The translations under genes and the position numbers were made by a program. The notes below the pieces were generated by a model that was given only the letters and a program-made list of their open reading frames with translations, did not search any database and was not told the origin of the DNA. Shown here in pieces: positions 24,571-38,195 of a stretch of DNA of 50,999 bases. This stretch comes from Octopus bimaculoides (taxonomy: Eukaryota): NCBI RefSeq assembly GCF_001194135.2, contig NC_068993.1, forward strand, positions 61,140,188-61,191,186, read 5' to 3'. The stretch's first letter is position 1. Each line of letters begins with the position of its first letter.

Positions 24571-25578
24571 CCACTACTGTCATTATTATTATTAAATTGA
24601 AGCTGAGAGTTTATCACATGAACCGAGTTCCACGCCAGTGAGATCATCAGATGATCATCATATATGTATATATGTATATATGTATATATATATATATATA
24701 TATTCCACCGTGCCCGCCTCCCTATACAGATACACATACTACCCCCTTTTCCTTTCTTCTTAACTCTCCCCTCCAAGAACTGCATTCCCACCCGACCCTT
24801 AAACAGCTTTTTCTTCTTTCCGCCATTTTCTCTTCTTTCTTTTTTTTCTGATGAAGAACTAGCGTGCGAAACATTAAAAACACTTCAATCTCTCTTCCTT
24901 TCAGGCATTATATTAATAACACCTTTGTTAAAAAGCACTTGTCCTTCTCGTTCTGCTGTTTCTTATATGTTGCTCATTCATCATGTGTGTATGTTCGCAC
25001 GCATAAGTGCATATATATGTGTGTTTGTGTATGTGTGTGTGTGTGTGTGTATGTGTGTGTGTGTGTGTGTGTATTCTCTTTCCCAGTCTATAAAAATATC
25101 TATATACAAGAACAACATTTAAAGCTAGATTAATAATACACATGCAAATATACACACGTTTCACATATATACACCCGTGCAACAAGCATGCTTACTTAAA
25201 TACACACACTCTCATACATACATACATACATACATACATACATACATACATACATACATACAAACATACATACATACATACGCGCGCGTATGTATATTCA
25301 TAAAAAGCAAGAGAGGTAATTCATCGTAAGCGTAAATATTTGTCACCAGTAATAAAATGTGGATTAAATTTCTCCTTTAGATATTTTTCGTGTTAATATA
25401 ATGTTCGCGATAAAGGATTTCCCAGTTATTTCACAAAGAAAAGGAACAATTTTTTCCTCGTTTGTGACTCTGTAATGACGAGTTTCGATTTGCTAATTTG
25501 AGATTCCTGCGCATATTTAACAGTTAAATACTCTCGTTTCGTGTGTATTTTTTTTTGCTTCTTTTATTTTCTTAATCG

Positions 25579-25770
25579 TTTACTTGTTTCAGTCATTAAA
25601 TTTCTCCCATACTGGAGCACTGTCTTGCAGAATTTTTAGTCGAATGAATCGATCTCAATATTTCTTTTAAGACACGTGACTTATTCTATTGGACACTTTT
25701 GCCGATCTGTTAGGTTACGAGACGTAAACTTACCAACACCGATCGTCCATCAATAGTGGGGGACAAGCAC
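25579..25770 (-). mobile_element. SINE family C 3' half, diverged
   Basis: ttacttgtttcagtcatt...catactggagcactgtcttg...tttagtcgaatgaatcg...acttattctattgg...tttgccgatctgtt is the reverse of 19340-19550. Confidence 0.75.
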
Positions 25771-26840
25771 ACACACGCACACACACACACACACACATAC
25801 ACACACGCACACTCCAAGATTTATTTATGTTTAACAACTGAATGAATTTAATAAAAGCATCTAAATATGAAACATCATGAAAATTGTTCAAACTGAAGTC
25901 CTTCTTGCAAACATTCATAATTGTATATTTATTGAAGAGAATGTGTGTCTACAATGTCTCTGTGCAGGGTTTCCGACTGCTAAATTTACTCACAACCCTT
26001 TAAATAGCATTAAATATATCGATCACTTTGTCCTGCCTCTGAGCGGAATATGCTTCAATGAAGAGGTCTTAATAAAATCGAAACATTCGCCGATTGTTTT
26101 AAACACAACATTCACTCTCAACATGTCTTTATTTCCTATAAATGTCGATTAGATTTCTTTAGAGTTATCTCCCTAGTTTGAAAGTAAAAACATAATGGGA
26201 AGCAAAAATTAAGAGAGATAATGTAGGAGAGGGGAAGAAAGGGGAAAGTTGAGAGACACAACAAAATGTAGTAAAAGAAAAAGAACAATATAACAAAGAG
26301 TGCACAAAAAAGAACAGGGTAAGAACAGATAATTGATGAGCTTTGTATCATAGCAAATGTATTGTGAGTCATATTCTAAGTTGTACGCCAAGAGATCGTA
26401 CATTTATTAGTTAGGGTGTGAAAGTAGAATGAAAATGATAAAATGATGATATTGCAGTTATAAAACGAACGGATGGTTTATGACAAATATGTAAAAATTA
26501 TATTTCATTTTTTAAGATGCTCAAACTTTAATATGAATTTTCTAACGCGTTGAATTATATTTTTAAAAGTCTGCTTCGTACTTAGCGGTGCATCGTTTGC
26601 GACCCACAGGTATAGATTAAGATAATCCATGAAAAATTAGATTATTTTCGAACGCCATTCAAATATAAGGCTTCTGTGATTTACTAACGAATGAGGAAAA
26701 TAATTCGGAAAATATATTCTCAAGTTTCAAATGCTTTTAACTGAAAATTTATCAGAAATTTAAAACTGTTTTCAGCATTTGGGGTTGAATAAATGATGTA
26801 AAAAAAAACAGAAAACTTATATAAATGTATATGTATATAT

Positions 26841-26893
<53 letters not shown>

Positions 26894-26909
26894 NNNNNNN
26901 NNNATATAT

Positions 26910-26962
<53 letters not shown>

Positions 26963-27279
26963 TGTGTGTGTGTGAGTGTGTGTATAAGTGAGTGTCTGTG
27001 CGACCATGGTCCTCCTTTTTACTCTGCTCCAAATCTAACTGAAATTAAAATCAAGATGATCCAGTAGAGAAACTTCATATCCGCGCAACTTGCTGAAAGC
27101 AATGACTAACTATTCCTTGTCAATCGTTCAAAACTGGAAATCTATGGAATAGAATTACCGAACACACCATAAATCCTATTAATTATATAATTATATGCTC
27201 ATATTTGTGTGTGTGTGTGTATGTTCTGATATATATGGCCGTACAACAATCAGAAAACCACAATTTCTATACTAGGATG

Positions 27280-27415
27280 TAATTCTCTCTCTCTTTCTCT
27301 CCCTCTTTCTCTCTCTCTATCTCTTTCTCTCCCTCTTTCTCTCTCTCTATCTCTTTCTCTCCCTCTTTCTCTCTCTCTCTCTCTTTCTCTCCCTCTTTCT
27401 CTCTCTCTATCTCTN
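27280..27415. repeat. 32-bp-period CT-rich minisatellite, about 4 copies, running into a gap
   Basis: Unit ctctttctctccctctttctctctctctatct repeated in tandem. Confidence 0.85.
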
Positions 27416-27458
27416 NNNNNNNNNNNNNNNNNNNNNNNNNNNNNNNNNNNNNNNNNNN

Positions 27459-27520
<62 letters not shown>

Positions 27521-27783
27521 ATTATACACACAGACACACACACACACACATACACACACACACAAACACATGTACCCGTCTTCATTCCTCTGTATCTCTC
27601 CCTCTTTCACAACATATATGGCGTCATTCAGGCTGATGTCTCCTCTTCGGAACCCTTCATCATTCGCAGAGGAACGAAACAGGGCAGGCTGCTCGTCCCC
27701 CACCCCATCCCCGTGCCATCCGGCATCTTCATCTTTTTATGCTACTGAAACTCGCCGTTTGGACAACAGTCTAGTGTGCTTAC

Positions 27784-27825
27784 CTTCACGCGGGATCAAA
27801 CGGAAAACTGTTCAGCTTTTCACGA
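27784..27825 (-). other. Candidate 42-nt non-coding (5' UTR-like) exon
   Basis: Acceptor atattttgattgtcgtccacAG and donor GAAG|GTAAGC. All three frames contain stops. Splice-motif evidence only. Confidence 0.2.
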
Positions 27826-27852
27826 CTGTGGACGACAATCAAAATATACCAC

Positions 27853-28016
27853 AGGCGTGGCTGTGTGGTAAGAAGTTTGCTTTCCCAACCACATGGCTTC
27901 TGGTTCAGTCCCACTATGTGGCACCTTGGGTAAATGTTTTCAACTATATCCTCGGACCGAACAAGATTTTGTCAGTGGATATGGTAGACGGAAATTGAAA
28001 CTAGACCATCGTATAT
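27853..28016 (+). mobile_element. SINE family C 5' half
   Basis: caggcgtggctgtgtggtaagaagtttgc...ggttcagtcccactatgtggcaccttggg...ggtagacggaaattgaaac. Confidence 0.88.
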
Positions 28017-28254
28017 ACATACATGGTGCGATAGGTAAATTGTTACTATTTTATATTTTTAATTTCGCTCATGCACATTGTTTGTTTTTGATTTTCTCGA
28101 CTACATAATATAGTAGGGTCAGTTGGGCACAGTGGCCCAGCAACAAAATTTGCTTAGCAGGCGCAAACCCAGGTCCAAGTATTTTTGAAAAATGTGGATT
28201 GTTTTTCAATGTTAGTAGTAAGACAAATGCAGGCATAATAATAAATTTTATTAT

Positions 28255-28580
28255 TATGAGGGTCGGCTGAAATGTTCATAGTCTGAACAAGACACTCTCA
28301 TGGAATGGGACCAAATGAATGTGACCATTTTTTAACGTAGTTCCTCTTACTGTCCACACCCTTCTATTAGAAGTTACGGTGCTTGGATCGCACTGGTGAA
28401 GAAGCTTTTCTGTTGGTCAAAATGGTCATCAACAGCGGTATAGAGATACTGGTGTCCAGCTGAGTGTTTTTCTATGTTGGGGAACGGATAATAACCAGAT
28501 GGAACCAAATCATTAACATACGGAGGGTGATCAACCAGTTCAAAGCCAGTCACGCACAGCAACCATTGAAAGCAAGGACT
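28255..28580 (-). mobile_element. Mariner transposon 3' fragment: transposase C-terminus, right TIR and TA
   Basis: The minus strand reads GFELVDHPPYVNDLVPSGYYPFPNIEKHSAGHQY...AVDDHFDQQKSFFTSAIQA...VDSKRNYVK, a decayed HPPYSPDLAPSD motif. The terminus is TA|tgagggtcggctgaaatgttcatag at 28255. Confidence 0.85.
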
Positions 28581-30570
28581 TTCTAAACCTGGCAAAGTAT
28601 GTAGGGGGTGTAATTTTGATTCTGCACCCGCTAAAAATTGGGGGGGGGGGCTTGCACCTGCTGCAACCCTTCTTCTCCGGCCCTTGGTTGGGCATAGTCT
28701 GTGAGAAAAAACAGCACCATGACGCAATTCACTCAACCAGAAATTTGGAAACGACAAACAGAACCCTAATAGCATCGCTGTTGTTCGTCTCAGTGAGTGT
28801 ACTACAGTGAGTGTTCAATTTAAAATGCGAAAACCATGCACAATATCCCTACTTCCAGACATAACAAATAAAAAATATATAATTTTACAGCTATTATCAA
28901 TACGGTGTACAATCTTACCCAAAAAAGAAAATTTATATTCAGATAGTTACGTTAGTGATTTTCTAATGACATTCAATTAAATTATTGAATTTATCTTCTC
29001 TTTATTAATAATTATCATAATAATGATGAATTCACAACGTATTGATAAAAACGTTCCAATAAAAGTGTTCATTATTAATACACATAAGTAAATATAAATA
29101 TATTTCACTATTGTATTCGTTTAATAATATTCATTTATAAATCAGTAACAATATTCAGTATAATACATACGCTATGGTGATGTATTAATACATTTAAAAC
29201 GAACATTTCCAATTATTATATGTCAGTGGCAAAACTAATTCCATTATGTAATATTTATGTGGTTAGATTCCAGTTTCTGTGTAGTAAGATATAATATATT
29301 ACTTCTCTTAAACCTCTATTATTACTAAAAACCACAAGCAAAACTACCATGAATCGTCCTCTCAGTCTTTAGAGGTATAATACATTATGCTGGCTGGCGA
29401 AGGCCATAAGAAGAATTATTTAAAAAAAACGCGGTATTATGTAAAAACATTTAAAGAGAATCACTGCAATCATTATATGTCTGGAGAAAGAGACTAGTTT
29501 ATGTGATTGCGTGGTAATAGCCCATGTCTAGTGCGGTAATATGTGATATATTTTTTCTCACAAACCTCTATTATTACTAAAGAACACCAGTAAATATCAG
29601 TATAATATTCAGTCTATGATTTTTTAAAGATATAACAATATATGCTAACTGGCTAAAAATCAGAAGGAATAATATATAACCATATGTAAGAAGAAACAAA
29701 AAAAAACAGTTAAATTTTATTGTTGCAATCATTATAAGTCTGTAGCAGAAAAAGTGCAGTTCTCTTATATTTAAGTAATTATGTGATGTCAATCTAGATC
29801 GAGTAGAGTACCATATATATATATATATAATATATAATATATATATATANNNNNNNNNNNNNNNNNNNNNNNNNNNNNNNNNNNNNNNNNNNNNNNNNNN
29901 NNNNNNNNNNNNNNNNNNNNNNNNNNNNNNNNNNNNNNNNNNNNNNNNNNNNNNNNNNNNNNNNNNNNNNNNNNNNNNNNNNNNNNNNNNNNNNNNNNNN
30001 NNNNNNNNNNNNNNNNNNNNNNNNNNNNNNNNNNNNNNNNNNNNNNNNNNNNNNNNNNNNNNNNNNNNNNNNNNNNNNNNNNNNNNNNNNNNNNNNNNNN
30101 NNNNNNNNNNNNNNNNNNNNNNNNNNNNNNNNNNNNNNNNNNNNNNNNNNNNNNNNNNNNNNNNNNNNNNNNNNNNNNNNNNNNNNNNNNNNNNNNNNNN
30201 NNNNNNNNNNNNNNNNNNNNNNNNNNNNNNNNNNNNNNNNNNNNNNNNNNNNNNNNNNNNNNNNNNNNNNNNNNNNNNNNNNNNNNNNNNNNNNNNNNNN
30301 NNNNNNNNNNNNNNNNNNNNNNNNNNNNNNNNNNNNNNNNNNNNNNNNNNNNNNNNNNNNNNNNNNNNNNNNNNNNNNNNNNNNNNNNNNNNNNNNNNNN
30401 NNNNNNNNNNNNNNNNNNNNNNNNNNNNNNNNNNNNNNNNNNNNNNNNNNNNNNNNNNNNNNNNNNNNNNNNNNNNNNNNNNNNNNNNNNNNNNNNNNNN
30501 NNNNNNNNNNNNNNNNNNNNNNNNNNNNNNNNNNNNNNNNNNNNNNNNNNNNNNNNNNNNNNNNNNNNNN

Positions 30571-31225
30571 ACTGCCAAGCAAGCTGAAGGAGGGAAAAAT
30601 ATGCCCAATCCAGAAAGGAAGAAGCAGAGCAGATACCAAAAACTATAGGCCTATCTGTCTAACTTCACACATCAGCAAAGTCATGGAACAGATAGTCAGA
30701 GGGAAACTAATCGCGTTCCTTGAAGAAAATAACTTGCTGAGTGATACCCAACATGGCTTTCGACCAGGTAGGAGCTGCCTGACCCAGCTCTTACAACATT
30801 ATGACTGGGTTTTGAGGCAGATACTCAACAACTCAAATGTGGACGTAATATACCTTGATTTTTGCAAAAGCTTTTGATAAAGTAGATCATGGTATGATAT
30901 GCAACAAACTACGTGATCTCGGCATAGCTGGAAAACTTAGAGAGTGGTTACATGACTTTTTGAAAGATAGAAGTTAGGCAGTAGTGGCTAATGGAGTTAC
31001 CTCTATGAAAACACAAATAGTGAGCGGTGTTCCACAGGACACTGTCTTGGGACCACTGCTTTTAATAGTGTCCCTCTCAGATATGCCCTCAAGTGCCCGT
31101 ATAGCCACCATTGCAAGCTACGCAGACGATACGAAAGTCTCGCAGAAAATACAGAACCCCAGCGATGTTGCACATCTGCAGCAGTTGGACTCAATTTACA
31201 GATGGGCTGAGGAGAATAATATGAA
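30571..31225 (+). mobile_element. CR1-group LINE reverse transcriptase fragment, inactivated
   Basis: NYRPICLTSHISKVME, QHGFRPGRSCLTQL, VIYLDF then a +1 frameshift to AKAFDKVDH, an in-frame TAG, SGVPQDTVLGPLL, and YADD at 31119-31130. The left end is lost in a gap. Confidence 0.93.
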
Positions 31226-32499
31226 TCGACCAAAATACTCATTTCTTTTTTGCTTTTGTTTTTGTAATTATGGTACTTATTCTATCAGTCTCTTTTGCCA
31301 AACCGATAAGTTACAGGGACGTAAACACACCAACATCGGTTGTTAATTGATGGTGGGAGACAAATACAGACACAAAGACACACACATACATGCATATATN
31401 NNNNNNNNNNNNNNNNNNNNNNNNNNNNNNNNNNNNNNNNNNNNNNNNNNNNNNNNNNNNNNNNNNNNNNNNNNNNNNNNNNNNNNNNNNNNNNNNNNNN
31501 NNNNNNNNNNNNNNNNNNNNNNNNNNNNNNNNNNNNNNNNNNNNNNNNNNNNNNNNNNNNNNNNNNNNNNNNNNNNNNNNNNNNNNNNNNNNNNNNNNNN
31601 NNNNNNNNNNNNNNNNNNNNNNNNNNNNNNNNNNNNNNNNNNNNNNNNNNNNNNNNNNNNNNNNNNNNNNNNNNNNNNNNNNNNNNNNNNNNNNNNNNNN
31701 NNNNNNNNNNNNNNNNNNNNNNNNNNNNNNNNNNNNNNNNNNNNNNNNNNNNNNNNNNNNNNNNNNNNNNNNNNNNNNNNNNNNNNNNNNNNNNNNNNNN
31801 NNNNNNNNNNNNNNNNNNNNNNNNNNNNNNNNNNNNNNNNNNNNNNNNNNNNNNNNNNNNNNNNNNNNNNNNNNNNNNNNNNNNNNNNNNNNNNNNNNNN
31901 NNNNNGGGGGGGGGGGTTCTATAGGTATAACTATTTCCCTCTGATATTTTCCTATATAATTTCGTTTTGTGGTGTTTGGTGTAATGATGTGTTATAGTTC
32001 CATGCTGAAAGTACATGGTGTATTTACACAAGCAGTCACAGAGCAATACGAAACATGCGCTGCTCCACAAAAGTACATCGGCTCATATGAATTTGCGCAT
32101 GTAATAGAAATTAATCCTGCAATTTATATAGAATGGTAGCAAAGTACTTTAGTAAGGCATTAGAATATGTAACAGAATGTTTATAAACAGCCTATTTAGA
32201 ACAAACACAAAACAAAGGTCATGCGATATAATCTTTCACATTCAATGAATGTTAACTCAATTGGGAAACTTTTTCGTGCATAGTTTTGAATTTCGCTCAC
32301 TTCACGGACATAAATTCGGAGAAATCTTTAACCTAAACTCACTCAAAATAGGCTACTCAACACCATTGTCCATAAATAATAGAATATATTGAATAATTCA
32401 AATTACAAATTATGAATAATTCAAATAATGAATAATTCAAATAACATTAACACTTCAAAATGCAATTGTCGTTCTCAAAATGACTGTCCAGTCAATAGC

Positions 32500-32945
32500 A
32501 ATTGTCTAGAAAATTCATTACCTATGCAACCACTGGCACTTTTACCATTAATCAGAAAAGCATAAGTTACTTCGGATTAGCAGTACATTCGATTAAACTA
32601 CCTGTATACTCACACTTTTACAAGTTAAAAGACATGATGCGGTACTTACACGTGGTACTTGAAAAATTATATCGTAACTCTCAACATAATTGACTATTTA
32701 CGATGCATTTTGAAGCAACAAGTGAAGAGCTGCTTCCTTCTGCTATCATCGCTGAAAGAGTTGAAGCAGGGTTTACTTGAAGAATGGTTCAAAATTTCCC
32801 TGAGAGCTCTATATTAAATATTAAAACTTCCATTTAACGGGTGTTTTCATTATTTTATTCCACGCCTGTACATAAGCACGTACATATAAAAAATATGGTC
32901 TTTTTTGCATGTAATAAATCAGTAACCCGCGGGTTTTCTCTACCA
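32500..32945 (+). mobile_element. Probable Helitron remnant: helicase C-terminus and 3' subterminal sequence
   Basis: FTINQKSISYFGLAVHSIKLPVYSH resembles the PIF1-type helicase motif MTINKSQGQSL..VG+.L..PVFSHGQ. Downstream ttttttgcatgtaataaatcagtaacccgcggg resembles a Helitron 3' end. The terminal CTAG is not seen. Confidence 0.5.
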
Positions 32946-32983
32946 ATAATCATAACAACATTCAAGTTATTTGATTGGGCCCT

Positions 32984-33197
32984 GGGTGAAATCTGGCAGA
33001 ATCGTTAGTAGGCCGGGCAAAATGCTTAGCGGCATTTCACTCGTCTCTACGGTCTAAGTTCAAATTCGATCGAGTTCGACTTTACCTTTCATCCATCAGG
33101 TATCGATAAATCAAAGTACCAGTCAAGTACTGAGGTCGAAGTAATCGACTCGCCCCTTCCCCTACAATTACTCACCTTGGGCCAAAATAAGAAATAT
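32984..33197 (+). mobile_element. SINE family A, diverged full length
   Basis: ctggcagaatcgttagtaggccgggcaaaatgcttagcgg...aagttcaaattcg...tttacctttcatccatcaggtatcgataaatcaaagtaccagtcaagtactgagg. Confidence 0.88.
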
Positions 33198-34349
33198 TTC
33201 CGTTTAGGTGTTTTATTTTGCTGCAGCAATTGCTGCTGCTGCTGCTGCTGCTGCTGGGGAGGTATTGGCCCTTGTCATCGTCGCCGTTTTAGTGGTAACA
33301 GTGGTTATAGTCATAAAAGCGGCTGTCTGAGAGAAGTAGTAGTAGTTGCAGTAGTGGGGGTGGGGTGCGGATTATTTTGATGATAATGATGGATGTTGAT
33401 GATGATGATGATGATGATTATGATCGCCCTTATTATAACAGTGGTGGTGGTCGTGATCATCATATTAGTACTGGTCATAATAGTGATCAAGACGATGATG
33501 ATGGNNNNNNNNNNNNNNNNNNNNNNNNNNNNNNNNNNNNNNNNNNNNNNNNNNNNNNNNNNNNNNNNNNNNNNNNNNNNNNNNNNNNNNNNNNNNNNNN
33601 NNNNNNNNNGCGGCGGCAGCGGCGGCAGCGGCGGCGGCGGCGGTGGTCGTGGTCGTGTTGACGATGATGACGAAAACGATGACTCCGATGATGATCGTGA
33701 TGACAATCTCGGTGCACGGTAAACGCGGTACAGTTATTCCGCTGTTCGTTTTGCCCACAGCTCTTTCGTTTCCTATTTGCGTTCTGTGAATTAATAGAAA
33801 ACAGCACACATATTCCAGGCGTTTCATTACCAAAGTGCAGCACCATGCACACAAACACACATACAAATACGCATACACATACACACATACACGCATATAT
33901 ATTCATATACGCACACGCATACACAAACGTTGTACGCATAATTTTTTTTTTTTACGCGCATGGTCAATGGATTGCAGAACTGGTTGGAACGCCAAATAAA
34001 ATGGTATTTACGTGTGTTCCTTTGTTTTTTGAGTTCAAATCTCGCTTAGATCGACCTTATATTTTACTCTTCCAGCCGTGATCATTATTTCATAGCATGA
34101 TTCTTTTTCTTCTTCGAGACAATCATCTAAGACTGCATCTTATATAACTTGTCTTTTGTTTTTTGCGAGCTGCCATCTTCACCACCTCCACTGCCACTGG
34201 CACTACCGCAACTGCCACCAATACGAGCAGTAACAGTACTACCACCACCACCACAACCACACCTACGGCCACCATCATCATCATCATCATCATCTACGAT
34301 GACCAGCACTAACACGATGAGTCATGGCTGTGTGGTAACTACGTTGTTT

Positions 34350-34850
34350 TAGAATTCGATCCAACCGCGCCGCAGCACCTCCAGGAAATACCGCGCACTG
34401 AATGAAACCTTGTATCTACCAATGTTTTGCGAATCAAATTTTGCTGATGGAGATTGTGTGGAATCCTGTCAGAAAGATCCTTCCTGTTTGTGGATTGCAG
34501 ATTTCATCTGCCACCCAGTTCAACATCATTCATACCTCAGCAAAATCCATTTTTAGTTAGAAACTCAGGCTATATCACCGTTCTGGGAATAACTTCCTTC
34601 CTTCATTCCATCAGTCTCGAAGGACCTTAAAAGCATGATTGATAAGTTCTTCCTCGTGTGGTTTAGTGATAAAAAGTATCGGTCAAGTTTTGGAACCGGT
34701 ACAACCAATATAACCTTGAAAGCCGTAGCACAGCATCGCCTTTGTCTGGTAACTAAAATCACCGATAAAAGAATACATCCCACTGTACAATTGAAAAATG
34801 CATATGCGTGCCCTCGGACAGGTAGAAATGTAAGTCAAATCTCCCTCTCC
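34350..34850 (-). mobile_element. Heavily decayed RTE/BovB-type RT core fragment
   Basis: Minus-strand motifs in the expected order: TCPRARICIFQLYSGM (GCP..+.LH.GM), AFKV, PILF, HAF...GRKLF, MMLNWVADEI (decayed FADD), AIHKQE and AKFDSQNI..KV. Many stops and shifts. Confidence 0.6.
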
Positions 34851-35591
34851 AGACTCCATCCTTTTAAAAAGGTGGAAGACATTGGTTAATGTAGACTTAG
34901 ATGGGTGTATATACATACATATGTGTGTGTATATGTATGTATGTATGTAGATATATACACACATATACAAATATGCATATAAATATATGTATTATGTGTG
35001 CGTATGTGGGTCGAGAGAGACAGACAGATTGATAGGGAAAGAGAGAAGACAAAACTAAACAGGAGAGATCGCTTATAAAGTATTCAGATACACCAGCCTA
35101 CGCGTATTTCGTTATTAGGTATATAATGTAATTTGCATAATCAAACTGCATTATTGAATCTTAAGCGATGCGTATTTTCCATTTGCAATATTACAAGATT
35201 AGTGACATTGTAGCCATCATTGTCAGTAATGCTCACACTATTACTAATCAGTAATAATATGAATGATGAATGAAAGTTACACATCTCTGAAGATTCGACA
35301 ATGTAAATTTACTAAATTTATATTATAAACCTAATAATCATTCATAATGAAAACTACGTAAGATGATGTAACTAAGTATTGAATTTGCAAGCTCTTCTCT
35401 TTTACTTTGTTTTCTATACGCACCAATGTGACATATAATGTACCAATGTGACATGCGAATCCTCACAGTTTCCCTTCAGATATACAAGGAAAGTCATGGA
35501 GTTCTAAATATTGGTTATTTATTTGTTGTGCAATTTAAATTTTAAACCGTACTGCATACGTGCGTGCGTACGTGCATGCGTGTGCATGTGC

Positions 35592-35645
<54 letters not shown>

Positions 35646-35941
35646 TTACTTATACATAGTGTATTCCTTAAGTGCAACTGCGAGTCAGTTTTAAGTGATT
35701 TACTCGTGCTGTCTTCCTGATAACTAATTTTGGTTGAACTAACCCTTGTGTATTAATAATTTAGCTGATCAAATAATTCAGGCGATTAGCTGAGATAATT
35801 AATAGTCAAACAAAATGGCAGCTCCCGGTTAAATCGACTGAACAAAATGATTCCGTAAGTTCCCACTAGATTAACCATAATAATAATGATTATTATTATT
35901 ATCATCATTACTATTACTATTATTAACATTATTATCATTAC

Positions 35942-35977
<36 letters not shown>

Positions 35978-36865
35978 GGATGTTTTTGTTGTTGTTCTTG
36001 TTATTAAATTATCACATATTATTAACAAGAACAGATGACGCTAATGCTATAAATTTCTTGATGACAAAGATAAGGAGAAATGCGACATAACGTTTAGCAA
36101 AGAGAGGGACTGAGAGACATTGGCGAATGATTGTCTTGCTCAAGCACTTGACTGGTATTTATTTTATCGATACCAGATTGGATGAAAGTATCGCTCGAGC
36201 TTGGCGAAATTCGAACTTTGAACGCAAAAAGATATGCATAGCATTTAATCTGTCACGCTACCTGTTCTGTATCAATTCAGTGTGTTTTTTTAAACAAAAT
36301 TGTACCTTTACTTCTGGTGTTCTTCCTATAAAATAATATTATTTGGAATTTCAGCAGCCATCATAAGTTGGAATGGTCACATTGCTGTATAATGAATCCA
36401 CAATGGTATCTGAGAAAACTAGTTTCAGTTATTTTGGAGGACAAACAGTTCAAAAGTTTAAAGAAATGTGTCAGTACTTATTGGCTTTTAATTTTGGCAC
36501 AAGGCCAGCAATGTCGGGGTTGGAATTAGCCTTACTGTTGTAGAAAATAACCCTTTGGATAATATAGACCCTAGCTGACACTCTGCGTGAAGAAAGATGG
36601 GAAGGTCTCTTTTGGACTGTCTTTGAACAGATCTACTCCGTCAGATTTGACCAGGGGTTAAACAATATTAACTGAACATCAACTCAACAACAGCAATAAC
36701 TAACATGGCGTTAAAGTAAATTTGACAAATGTCAAGATAAAATGAACAGCTTCATGATTAATTCCAAAGTATTAAATGTGTAAAGATGTTTCAAATTATT
36801 TTGGTTTGAAATCAATAAATCGAAATGGGAAGCCGTAGATACGCCACTGCAACAGATCATACAAA

Positions 36866-36995
36866 CTTCTGCTCCTTCCATCTCTCCCTTGTCATTAACC
36901 AATTCCATGTTTTCCATCATTTTCCTCCCTGTCCATTCCTTCATATCTCTCAACCACCTCCTTCGTGATGTTCTTATTGTATCTCTTTTACCGAG
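36866..36995 (-). mobile_element. RTE-type LINE extreme C-terminal fragment
   Basis: GKRDTIRTSRRRWLRDMKEWTGRKMMENMELVNDKGE resembles the RTE end G.R.RGR.RRRW.D.+.EWTG....DR..W. Confidence 0.6.
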
Positions 36996-37413
36996 GTCCG
37001 TCCAGGCATGACCATATTCACGAGAAATGGGGAATATCAAGATGTCTTTTTATATGACCAAACCACTTCATTTTCTGTCTTTTACAATTAAACAAGAATT
37101 TCATGGGTTTATTTGTGTCTTTTCTGTTGTCTTTTTTTTTATCTAGCTAGTCTGGAAGAAGGGGCAGTGCTTGTAGCCTTTGCTGGCCCTCTTGTGGTTC
37201 ACAACCCTCTCGTATGTTTAAAATAGATTCTAAAAATATTAGAAGCGACAGCAGAGAAGGAATCTGTTTAATTATAAACAAAAATGATTGGATATAAATG
37301 AAGTGGAAATCAGTCTCCTTCAAGGTGCAGCAAAACGGTTGTTATGAGACAATTCTAACATCAGTGTCTTACAACGGGTTCGAGTGTAGCAAGAATCAAC
37401 TTACACAAACACA

Positions 37414-37470
<57 letters not shown>

Positions 37471-37473
<3 letters not shown>

Positions 37474-37752
37474 CAGGCGCGGCTGTGTGGTAAGAAGCTT
37501 GCCTCCCAACCACATGGTTTCGGGTTCAGTCCTACTGTGTGGCACCTTGGGTAAGTGCCCTCTACTATAGCCTCGGGCCAACCAAAGCCTCGTGAGTGGA
37601 TTTGGTAGACAGAAACTGGAAGAAGCCAGTCATATATATATATTTGTGTGTGTGTTTACTCCACCCCTCCACCACCGCTTCACAACCGATGCTGGTGTGT
37701 TTATGTTCCCATAAATTAGCGGTGAGGCAAAAGAACCCGATAGAATAAGTAT
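37471..37752 (+). mobile_element. SINE family C lacking its last ~90 bp
   Basis: gcgcaggcgcggctgtgtggtaag (A-box-like), GGTTCAGTCC (B-box-like), gtggcaccttgggtaagtg, a short (TA)(TG) linker, and gatagaataagta. Confidence 0.9.
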
Positions 37753-37870
37753 GAGGTGTATCTAAGGACTGCATTTATAGTGTGACATCACGTATTACGG
37801 AACACTGAAACATACGTAACTGATGAAAGAAAGGAATTACCAAATTGAAGCCTATGTTCCTTTCTATCAT

Positions 37871-37906
<36 letters not shown>

Positions 37907-37966
37907 TATATATATATATGTATACGTATATATATGTATATTGTGTGTATGTGTGTGTGTGTGTGT

Positions 37967-38013
<47 letters not shown>

Positions 38014-38124
38014 TGTATGTGTGTTACATGGTGCGATGACACATAATGGCCAGGTTTTCTCAAAGATTCAGAAAGTTGAAGGCTAGAAACACATCATTTA
38101 CTAATGGGTGACGTCTCCTTTACA

Positions 38125-38195
<71 letters not shown>

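Noticed and set aside
26836-26960. Apparent tandem duplications across 10-N gaps (atatatcagtgtgtg...; also 14255-14385 and 7330-7420)
   Set aside because: The same microsatellite junction appears on both sides of a placeholder gap, which is typical of unmerged overlapping contig ends.
34353-34889. Plus-strand frame with only two stops in 179 codons, a PAN/apple-like Cys pattern (DCVESCQKDPSCLWIADFIC), and an apparent exon 34615-34829 with a good acceptor and GTAAGT
   Set aside because: The minus strand carries ordered RTE RT motifs over the same interval, which is a simpler explanation. The Cys-rich part ends in a stop with no usable in-phase donor. A blastx would settle it.
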